Below, in pieces: positions 57,077-64,000 of a DNA stretch of 64,000 nucleotides (its first letter is position 1; each line of letters starts with the position of its first letter). This DNA is from Gemmatimonadaceae bacterium (lineage in GTDB: Bacteria; Gemmatimonadota; Gemmatimonadetes; Gemmatimonadales; Gemmatimonadaceae), in assembly GCA_035553215.1 (NCBI GenBank), contig DATNDS010000052.1, positions 17,786 through 81,785 of the forward strand. The letters run 5' to 3'. The position numbers were made by a program, and so were the translations under genes. Under the pieces are notes generated by a model, which searched no databases, was not told the DNA's origin, and saw nothing but the letters and a program-made list of their open reading frames with translations.

Positions 57077-58080
57077 TATCCGATACCGAATCCTTCGCGT
57101 CGCTCCAGCAGCAGATCCGCTCGCTCGCCGCAGAGCGCAACGCCGTCATCCTCGCGCACAATTACGAACGCCCCGAAGTGCAGGATGTCGCCGATGTCGT
57201 TGGCGACTCACTCGGCCTCTCGCGCGAGGCCGCCCGCACCACCGCGGATGTGATCGTCTTCTGCGGCGTGCACTTCATGGCGGAAACCGCCGCCATTCTC
57301 TCGCCTGAGAAGACCGTCCTGCTTCCGGATCTTCGCGCCGGCTGCTCGCTCGCCGCCACCATCGACGCCGATCAGTTGCGCGAGTGGAAAGCCGAGCACC
57401 CCGGCGCGGTCGTCGTCTCGTATGTGAATACGACGGCCGAGGTGAAGGCCGAGACCGACTACTGCTGCACGTCCGGCAATGCCGTCGACGTCGTGAACGC
57501 CATTCCGGCCGACCGCGAGATTCTCTTTCTGCCGGACATGTTCCTGGGCGCACACGTGCGGCGCGTCACCGGCCGCACGAACATGCACGTGTGGATGGGC
57601 GAGTGCCACGTGCACGCGGGCATCACGCCCCGGCGCGTGGCCGAACAGCGCGCCGCGCACCCGGAAGCCGAATTTCTCATTCACCCCGAGTGCGGCTGCT
57701 CGACGAGTCTGCTCGAAGCCATGTCCGCCGGAGACATCGATCCCACGGGCGTGCAGATCCTCTCCACCGAGGGAATGATTCGCCGGCCGGAACAGTCCCC
57801 GGCGAACGAGTTCATCGTGGCCACCGAGGTGGGCATTCTCTACCGGCTGCGCAAGGCGTATCCCGATCGCCAGTTCCTCGCGGCCGACGATCGCGCGTCG
57901 TGCCCGTTCATGAAGGTCACGACGCTCCCGTCCGTGCTCAACTCGCTCGAGAAGCGGGAGCATCGCATCACGGTGCCGCCGGAGATCATTGCCCGTGCGC
58001 GCCTCGCGATCGATCGCATGGTGTCGATTGGCGGCGGCCCCGCACCGGCAAACGCGCCCGCGCAGCTCGTGGGCGAATGA
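57073..58080 (+). CDS. nadA: quinolinate synthase
   Basis: ILAHNYERPEVQDVADVVGDSL, FCGVHFMAETA, VSYVNT and HPEC motifs. GTGA overlap with nadB. Confidence 0.93.
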   Translation: MISDTESFASLQQQIRSLAAERNAVILAHNYERPEVQDVADVVGDSLGLSREAARTTADVIVFCGVHFMAETAAILSPEKTVLLPDLRAGCSLAATIDADQLREWKAEHPGAVVVSYVNTTAEVKAETDYCCTSGNAVDVVNAIPADREILFLPDMFLGAHVRRVTGRTNMHVWMGECHVHAGITPRRVAEQRAAHPEAEFLIHPECGCSTSLLEAMSAGDIDPTGVQILSTEGMIRRPEQSPANEFIVATEVGILYRLRKAYPDRQFLAADDRASCPFMKVTTLPSVLNSLEKREHRITVPPEIIARARLAIDRMVSIGGGPAPANAPAQLVGE

Positions 58081-58970
58081 CGGCGCCGCTGCCGGCAAAC
58101 CCGGCGAACCAGGCGCCACTGCGCTTCCCCCTGGCGGAGAGTGACCTGGACGCGCTCGTCCGCGGTGCGCTCACCGAAGATCACGCGTTCCGCGACGTCA
58201 CCACGCTCGCCACCGTGCGCGAGGATGCCGTCGCACAGGCCCGCATGGTGGCGCGCGCCGATGGCGTGATCGCCGGGCTGCCCATCGCGCTTGCCACCTT
58301 CCAGTGCGTCGCCTCATCCATTGCGCATGAGATCCATGCGCCCGACGGCACGCGCGTCGCGCGCGGCACCAGCATCCTCTCACTCGAGGGGCCGGCGCGC
58401 GCCCTGCTCACCGCCGAACGCGTCGCGCTCAATTTCGTGCAGCATCTCTCGGGCATCGCCACGATCACCGCGCGCTACGTGGACGCCGTGCGCGGCACGC
58501 GCGCACAAATACTCGACACGCGCAAGACCACTCCCGGCTGGCGGGCGCTGGAGAAGTACGCCGTGCGCTGCGGCGGCGGCGTGAACCACCGCGCCGACCT
58601 CGAAGCGGACGTCCTGATCAAGGACAATCATCTCGCCGCCCTGCAGGGTGACGTCGCGCTGGCGGTGCGCCGCACGAGGGAGTTCGCGCCGGCGGGCACG
58701 CGTGTGGAGGTTGAATGCGATGACATCGAGCAGGTGCGCGCGGCGGTGGCTGCACACGCCGACATCATTCTGCTCGACAACATGTCGCCTGCGCTCATGC
58801 GCGAGTGCGTTCAGCTCATCGCCGGACGCGCGCTCAGCGAAGCGTCCGGCGGTATCTCGCTCGACACGGTCCGCGCCGTCGCCGAGTCAGGAGTGGATCG
58901 CATATCGGTTGGCGCGCTCACGCATTCCGCGCCCGCACTCGATATCGGGATTGACTTCGGTCGTTGGTAG
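58077..58970 (+). CDS. nadC: nicotinate-nucleotide diphosphorylase (carboxylating)
   Basis: LTAERVALNFVQHLSGIAT, LDTRKTTPG.R..EKYAV..GGG.NHR, IKDNH and ILLDNM motifs. ATGA overlap with nadA. Confidence 0.93.
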   Translation: MTAPLPANPANQAPLRFPLAESDLDALVRGALTEDHAFRDVTTLATVREDAVAQARMVARADGVIAGLPIALATFQCVASSIAHEIHAPDGTRVARGTSILSLEGPARALLTAERVALNFVQHLSGIATITARYVDAVRGTRAQILDTRKTTPGWRALEKYAVRCGGGVNHRADLEADVLIKDNHLAALQGDVALAVRRTREFAPAGTRVEVECDDIEQVRAAVAAHADIILLDNMSPALMRECVQLIAGRALSEASGGISLDTVRAVAESGVDRISVGALTHSAPALDIGIDFGRW

Positions 58971-59054
58971 CTGGTTGCTGGTCGCTGGTCGCTGGACTTC
59001 CCACGCCCTTCCAGCTACCAGCGACCAGCGACCAGCGACCAGCGACCAGCGACC
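58959..59054. repeat. heptamer-built palindrome 1 (GGTCGCT)n / (CCAGCGA)n
   Basis: Left arm: GGTCGTT GGTAGCT GGTTGCT GGTCGCT GGTCGCT GG. A 15-nt loop follows. Right arm: CCAGCTA + 5 x CCAGCGA + CC. The nadC stop TAG (58968-58970) lies inside the left arm. Confidence 0.8.
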
Positions 59055-59058
59055 GTAG

Positions 59059-59295
59059 TCAAGCCGCCTTCCGCCCCTCCGCCTGCCAGATCAATTCGTC
59101 ACCATCAACGGATGGGACATAGAGAAACCGCGCCGGCGGAAAACCCGACACACCAATCTCGAGCCGGTCGCCCACGTTCGTGGCCGCCCGGTCACTGATC
59201 ACCTGAAGGGCATCGGAGAGTGTCCCACTCGTCACCGACCCGGCCAGGCGAAGCTGCTCGTCAGCGCTGCTGATCGAGAATTCAAAACGCGTCAT
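59059..59295 (-). CDS. small hypothetical protein (78 aa) bracketed by heptamer palindromes
   Basis: Strong SD (ggggaggggggcc immediately before the ATG). The ORF fills the space between the two palindromes. A/T-ending codons are more frequent than in the neighbours. No family recognised. Confidence 0.5.
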   Translation of the reverse strand: MTRFEFSISSADEQLRLAGSVTSGTLSDALQVISDRAATNVGDRLEIGVSGFPPARFLYVPSVDGDELIWQAEGRKAA

Positions 59296-59391
59296 GGCCC
59301 CCCTCCCCGATATGGAGACCCATCGAACGCCTCCGCAGCGACAATGTTCGCCGCAGTGCCCTGATCCGGTCTCGTAGTCTTATACACCTGT

Positions 59392-59457
59392 GCTGGTTAC
59401 TGGTTGCTGGTTGCTCGTCGCTGGTCACCAGCGACCAGCGACCAATGACCAGCTACC
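59392..59457. repeat. heptamer-built palindrome 2 (same family as 58959-59054)
   Basis: GCTGGTT ACTGGTT GCTGGTT GCTCGTC GCTGGTC | ACCAGCG ACCAGCG ACCAATG ACCAGCT ACC, centred at 59426. The MscS stop (59453-59455) lies in the right arm. Confidence 0.8.
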
Positions 59458-61093
59458 GCTTCAGATACACCGTCTGCGATGGAAACGCGAAACCGCTCCC
59501 CGCTCGTTCCACTACGTCCATGAACTGCAAAAGGATTCCCTGCCGGATCAGCAGGAATTCGTTCCAGTCCGTCGTCTGCACCCACGTCTGTACCTGCACG
59601 TTCAGCGCCGAGGCGCCAAAGTCGGTAAGGCGCACCGTGATGTTGTCCGTCGTCACATGCGGATGCTCCCGCAGCACGCGCTCCAGCCCGTCCAGCACCG
59701 AGCGCATCTGCGCACCCGTGGTCTCGTAGACCAGCCCCAGCACCATGTTCAGACGGATGCGGTCGCGTACCGCGAACGACTCGATCTGCGAGTCCGCCAG
59801 CTTGCCGTTCGGCAGCGTCACCACCGTCCGGTCGATCGTGCGAATGCGCGTGGACCGCAGCCCGACGCGCTCGACCGTACCCGCTACGCCGTCCACCTTG
59901 ATGCCGTCGCCTTCCCGGAAGATCTGGTCCGCGCCGATTGAAAACGCGCCAAACAGGTTCTCCACCGTCTTCTGCGCCGCGAGCGCGAACGCCAGGGCGC
60001 CAATGCCCAGTCCGCCCAGCACGCCCGCGACCGGAAACCCGAGTGTCGACAGCACCGTCACCACGCCAATGGCCACGATCGCCACTTTCGCCACCCGTGA
60101 GCCAAGCGGGAGAATGGACCGCGCCGCTCCACCCGCCATCGCCCACCCCGACACCGCCATTCGCTGGCGCCACACATCCACCAGGCGCACCAATCCCCAG
60201 AAAAACGCCACCATGAGCGCCGCCTTCAGCAGCCGGCCCACCCAGAGTTGTCCCTGCACACCCAGCGCCAGCCATGGCAGCAGGAAGGCAACCATTGCCA
60301 CCGTAAGCCCCAGTGTCACTGGGCCGGCGAGGCGGCTGATGAACTCATCATCCCAGTCGTGCGCGGTGCGCCGCGCCACTCGCCCGAACACCAGCGCGAG
60401 CACCATGTTGAGCGCGGTGCCAAAGCCGAACGCCACCACGAGCAGCACCGGGAATGCGAGCCACTGCCACGCCGTCAGGCCCAATGGGCCCGACTTCTGT
60501 AACACCGCCGGCAAATGCTGCAGCGCCCAGCGGTCGGGAAGCGCGGCGTACCACTCCGGAATGCGTTGAACGGTGCCGCGCGAAAAGAGCCAGCGCTGTG
60601 CACCGCCCCGCCACACACGTGAGAGTCGCACGGGCTCGTGATCGCCTCGCGTCCCGGGAAGCTCGGCAATCTGTACCAGGTTGCGCGAACCGCCGCCCGC
60701 CGTATCGCCCGCCGCCGCTCCCGAGATGTCCTCGAGGTCTATCCAGACCTTTCGATCCAGTACCAGCTTGAATTCACGCGCCAGCTCCGGGCCGCGCGTC
60801 CGCAGCGAATCAGGCAGGTCCAGGTACTGCGCCGCCTCCGTGTCCTTTCCCGCGCTCGTGAGATCCAGAAACGCAGCGACCGCGGCACGCGGCGACTCGG
60901 GTGAGACCGTTTCCGGCCGCGCCGCTTGCGCAGTCCGGCTCGCCGTGTCCAGCTTCTTCTTTGACGACTGCGAGAACAGACCAAGCTGCCCCTGTGCGGG
61001 TGCGTCCGCGACGCAGCAGAGCAGCAGGACGCCGATCCCGGCGGTGGCGGCTACACGCCCGCGGATGCTCTGAAATGAGAGGGGGAAATGCAT
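59453..61093 (-). CDS. mechanosensitive ion channel (MscS family) with large N-terminal periplasmic/TM extension
   Basis: MscS beta-domain block FREGDGIKVDGVAGTVERVGLRSTRIRTIDRTVVTLPNGKLADSQIESF, preceded by several TM helices. The internal ATG 61093 gives a signal-like N-terminus. Confidence 0.85.
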   Translation of the reverse strand: MHFPLSFQSIRGRVAATAGIGVLLLCCVADAPAQGQLGLFSQSSKKKLDTASRTAQAARPETVSPESPRAAVAAFLDLTSAGKDTEAAQYLDLPDSLRTRGPELAREFKLVLDRKVWIDLEDISGAAAGDTAGGGSRNLVQIAELPGTRGDHEPVRLSRVWRGGAQRWLFSRGTVQRIPEWYAALPDRWALQHLPAVLQKSGPLGLTAWQWLAFPVLLVVAFGFGTALNMVLALVFGRVARRTAHDWDDEFISRLAGPVTLGLTVAMVAFLLPWLALGVQGQLWVGRLLKAALMVAFFWGLVRLVDVWRQRMAVSGWAMAGGAARSILPLGSRVAKVAIVAIGVVTVLSTLGFPVAGVLGGLGIGALAFALAAQKTVENLFGAFSIGADQIFREGDGIKVDGVAGTVERVGLRSTRIRTIDRTVVTLPNGKLADSQIESFAVRDRIRLNMVLGLVYETTGAQMRSVLDGLERVLREHPHVTTDNITVRLTDFGASALNVQVQTWVQTTDWNEFLLIRQGILLQFMDVVERAGSGFAFPSQTVYLKR

Positions 61094-61193
61094 TCCTGGA
61101 TGAAGACGCTGAGTGGAACGGTGGATGGTGGCCGGCCTCACACATTACCACGTCTCCTGCCCCCCGCACTACTCCGGCCTCTCAGGTCTCTTG

Positions 61194-61222
61194 TTGACCA
61201 ATGCGGAAGTTCGTATGTTAAT
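61194..61222 (+). promoter_or_regulatory. candidate sigma-70-type promoter for the MPN-like gene pair
   Basis: TTGACC, 17 nt, GTTAAT in the locally AT-richer divergent intergenic region. An inverted repeat ctgtccgcg...cgcgacag follows in the putative 5' UTR. Motif match only. Confidence 0.25.
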
Positions 61223-61299
61223 TCCCCCTTATCTGTCCGCGCGTTGTCTGTAACAAATCGCGACAGATGGTCCGGCAACCTCCGGGCAGCGGCGGTACC

Positions 61300-63147
61300 A
61301 TGACTGATCAGCGCGTCAAATCTCGCCCGATTGCGGCTGCCCGGGCGATTCCGTGGGTGCCGCAGAACGACGGCTACTACCTGCTCGCGGCAGTGATGTC
61401 CAGCTCGCGCGCCGCGCCGCTCGTCGTCATGCAGGACGTGCTGCTCGAGGTCGAGGCCCATCTGCGCACCGTTCCCGGTGGCAATGTGTGCGGCCTCTTG
61501 TATGGCTCCGCCTATATCGACCCGCGCAGCGCCGCGAAGTACCTGCTGGTGGAGGAAGCCGTCCGTGCTCCGCGCATCGACACCGCCGCTGATCCCGACG
61601 CCGCCGCGCTCGCAATGTGGAGCGACATGCTCGGTCGCTCGGAGCAGGGCGGGCGACTGGTGCTCGGCTGGTATCGTGGCGGCGCGACAATCGATTCGCC
61701 GATGGTGCTCCCCGCCGCCGGCGCCATGCAGGTCGTCTTCCCGGAGCGATGGCAGGTCGGACTGCTGCGTCAGGGAGTCCTTGGCGAACACAAAGGCGCG
61801 TTCGTCCGCATTGAGCCTACCGAAACCCGGGTGTACAGCATTCCATTCATGGAGCTTGCACCTCCAGAGGGATTCGATGGCCGCACGCTGCTCACGAGCG
61901 TGACCTGGACGAACTATCACACGAAGCTGCCCGTCACGCCGCTCGGCCCCGCTGCCCTGTCAGCGGGCCAGAAACGCAGGTCCACGGCAGCCGCACCTTC
62001 GGCATCCCGCGAGCATCACGGCCTCGGCTTCCTCGGCGCGATCCTGAAGCGGCCTCCGGCGACACCGGTCATTCCGGCCTTGAGGAGGTCGCGACCGGGC
62101 GGTGCCCCGGCATCCGGTGGAAACGTCGCGGGGACTGGGAAGGACATCACCAGGACGGATAGCGATATCGCCCGAGCAGGGCGAGCGCGCCGCGCCGCCG
62201 AACCGTCAACGAGTCAACCGCCGGCACCACCCATACCGCACCGTCCGGCCGAACCAGCTCTTGTCGCCGCCTTGTCAGCTACGCCACCAGCCATTGGACT
62301 GTCTGCAACCATGCCCATTTCCGGAGAGTCAACGAATCCAGCCGAAAAGCTCAGTCCATTGCCGCAGCAGGACCCCGTCGCCTCAGTGACGCCACACGCT
62401 GTTGCAGGGCCTGTCACCGATTCCGTCCCGCCTTCCGCCATTGTGGTCGATTCCGCGGCGCCATCTCGTGCGGAGTTCATGCCCGAGGAATCGCGGACCG
62501 ATGAGCTGCCAGCCACGTCGGAGACGCGGATTCCGCCCGCGCCCGCGGAATCCGACCCGGTCCTCGCCGATCTGCGCCAGCGCGCCCGACTGGAGCGACT
62601 GGATCAGTTGCCGAAACCTCGCAGCGCCGGACGGCGCATGGCTCGCGCCGGCGCGTACGCCGGGATTGTGATCGCGGCAGGTGTCGTTGCTGCGTTCTAC
62701 CTCGTGCCCCGACTGCGACCTGCCTCTGCACGACCCACCGTCACGCAGTTCGGACAGCTCGATTCCACGCAATTCGCGCTCGGCAGCCCGGAGCGCGCGG
62801 CTGATGCCGCGGGTGTCGCGCACATACCGGCCGGACTCCTCACCACGGAGCAGATCGGCAAGGCGCGCTTCGCGCTCGCGCGCGTTGGCACATACGGCGA
62901 TGACCTTGCGACGACTCTCAGCGCGCTCGACTCGGCGCTGGCGTCCGCACAAAAACCCGCAAGCCACCGCCACGCCTGCCAGCAGGCCGATTCACTCGTG
63001 CGGCAGACCAGGCTGGATCTCTCCATGCTCGACACCGCACGGCAACAGGTGACCGAACTCATTGGCACGGCCCGCCTCGATTGGGTGGATGGCCTCTCTA
63101 CGCGCGCCAGGGCAGCAGCTCCACGATTTGAACGAACGTGCAGATGA
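61300..63147 (+). CDS. membrane-anchored hypothetical protein with degenerate MPN/JAB-like N-terminal domain
   Basis: Track ORF 61267..63147. The second ATG (61300) matches the paralogue's N-terminal length. Blocks GGNVCGLLYG and LGWYRGGA, a Pro/Ala/Ser-rich linker, a TM helix at about 62647-62709, and a helical C-terminal domain. Confidence 0.6.
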   Translation: MTDQRVKSRPIAAARAIPWVPQNDGYYLLAAVMSSSRAAPLVVMQDVLLEVEAHLRTVPGGNVCGLLYGSAYIDPRSAAKYLLVEEAVRAPRIDTAADPDAAALAMWSDMLGRSEQGGRLVLGWYRGGATIDSPMVLPAAGAMQVVFPERWQVGLLRQGVLGEHKGAFVRIEPTETRVYSIPFMELAPPEGFDGRTLLTSVTWTNYHTKLPVTPLGPAALSAGQKRRSTAAAPSASREHHGLGFLGAILKRPPATPVIPALRRSRPGGAPASGGNVAGTGKDITRTDSDIARAGRARRAAEPSTSQPPAPPIPHRPAEPALVAALSATPPAIGLSATMPISGESTNPAEKLSPLPQQDPVASVTPHAVAGPVTDSVPPSAIVVDSAAPSRAEFMPEESRTDELPATSETRIPPAPAESDPVLADLRQRARLERLDQLPKPRSAGRRMARAGAYAGIVIAAGVVAAFYLVPRLRPASARPTVTQFGQLDSTQFALGSPERAADAAGVAHIPAGLLTTEQIGKARFALARVGTYGDDLATTLSALDSALASAQKPASHRHACQQADSLVRQTRLDLSMLDTARQQVTELIGTARLDWVDGLSTRARAAAPRFERTCR

Positions 63148-64000
63148 CGATGGAGCACGCCAGGCGCACGATTGAAATCCGGCACCTTCCCGGCGACCGC
63201 CTGGTGAAGTGGTTGCCACTGGACGATGGGTACTACCTGCTGGCATCCGTGATGACCAGCACGCGCGCCGCGCCCGTGTTCGTGACGCAGAAGGCCCTGT
63301 TGCAGGTGGAAGCACATCAGCTACGGGCAGTGGGTGAGCAGGCGTGCGGTATTCTCTTCGGTGCGCCGTGTGTGGACCCCGCAAGCGGATTGGAATTCAT
63401 CCTGATCGACGCCGCCGCCCCCGCCATCCAGACCGCGACCATTAACAACGCGGCCGCCGCACTCGCGGCCGACCTGTCCCGGGTCATTGCGCAGGCGGAG
63501 CGCGCGGGCCGGCGCATTATGGGGTGGTATCGCTGCGATGTCCCACTGGGCCAGCTCATTTCCGTGCAGAATGTCGGCCTGCATCGCTCGTTGTTCAGCC
63601 AGCCGTGGCAGGTGTCGCTCTTCCGCGATGGCGTCATGGGCCAGGGCAGGGGCGCGCTGGTTCGCGTCGAGCCAAATGAGGGGCGCGCGTTCAGCATCCC
63701 GTTCGTCGAGATCAGTGCGCATCGTCGCCACCACGGCAACGCGCCGCTGCTCACGAGCATCGGTTGGCTCAACTATCGCGCGGAATCGGAGATAGCCCTC
63801 CTCCCTGACGAGGCGTTTCTGGATGGATACGAGTTCCCGCCCGAGGAGCCGGTGAATGTCGAGGAGCCGCGTCGCACGGGACTTCTGGCCGGGCTCTTCG
63901 CGCACCGCCCGGTTTCGGTTACGCCGCGCCGCACCACGCCGGTCGGCCCGCTTCCTCCGCCGCCCGCGGCCGTGCCGCCCATGTCACCTGTGACGCCGGT
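63144..64000 (+). CDS. paralogue of the preceding gene (degenerate MPN/JAB-like domain), 3' end outside window
   Basis: Not in the ORF track because it has no stop. Manual translation from ATG 63144 (ATGA overlap) is open to 64000: MTMEHARRTIEIRHLPGDRLVKWLPLDDGYYLLASVMTSTRAAPVFVTQKALLQVEAHQLRAVGEQACGILFG...MGWYRCDV...SIPFVEI... Confidence 0.6.
   Translation, partial: MTMEHARRTIEIRHLPGDRLVKWLPLDDGYYLLASVMTSTRAAPVFVTQKALLQVEAHQLRAVGEQACGILFGAPCVDPASGLEFILIDAAAPAIQTATINNAAAALAADLSRVIAQAERAGRRIMGWYRCDVPLGQLISVQNVGLHRSLFSQPWQVSLFRDGVMGQGRGALVRVEPNEGRAFSIPFVEISAHRRHHGNAPLLTSIGWLNYRAESEIALLPDEAFLDGYEFPPEEPVNVEEPRRTGLLAGLFAHRPVSVTPRRTTPVGPLPPPPAAVPPMSPVTP

Noticed and set aside
58959-59457. CRISPR-like appearance of the repeated short units.
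   Set aside because: The units are 7 nt in direct tandem and form inverted arms. There are no 25-40-bp repeats separated by unique spacers, and no cas genes are in the window.

Overview
This is a GC-rich chromosomal window from a diderm bacterium, as shown by an LPS heptosyltransferase, TolC/RND efflux genes, lytic transglycosylases and lipoprotein/TAT signals. The gene repertoire feels Gemmatimonadota-like, but that is only an impression. I can support about 58 protein genes, one tRNA-Asn, several hairpins and several repeat elements.

Most content is core metabolism and envelope function:
- Left third: a partial BatA_N/vWA gene plus DUF58, lepA, a GT9 heptosyltransferase, ROK and PfkB sugar kinases, a GHKL-ATPase/STAS-like/small-barrel trio, a Cys/Met PLP enzyme, ftsE-ftsX-envC-nfo, a czcCBA-type efflux operon and pckA.
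- Middle: an HD phosphohydrolase, a PP2C phosphatase, uvrA (interrupted by one in-frame TAG), purE-purK-sodC, a YedY-like/cytochrome-b pair, holB-moaC, two murein transglycosylases, a class-A beta-lactamase-like hydrolase and an APC permease.
- Right third: a 1101-aa BNR/Asp-box exoprotein, a hemin/B12-type ABC importer, a TPR / sigma-54-activator-like / GGDEF operon, nadBAC, an MscS channel and two tandem paralogues at the right edge.

Many neighbouring genes overlap by ATGA/GTGA/TGATG. The long antisense or 5'-extended ORFs in the track are high-GC artefacts. I saw no CRISPR array, integrase, transposase, phage genes or recognisable defence/TA genes.

The unusual content is:
1. Two translationally coupled paralogues with degenerate MPN/JAB-like heads (61300 to the window end). 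The second is not in the ORF track.
2. A GHKL-ATPase + STAS-like/wHTH + orphan beta-barrel cassette (7554-9360).
3. Two families of heptamer-built palindromic repeats. ATTCCCC/ATTGCCG units occur at four intergenic loci. GGTCGCT/CCAGCGA units form two hairpins that bracket a compositionally atypical 78-aa ORF.
4. A ~145-bp MITE-like or structured element present twice.
5. The single nonsense codon in uvrA.

All functional calls rest on motif recognition by eye. No database search was run.
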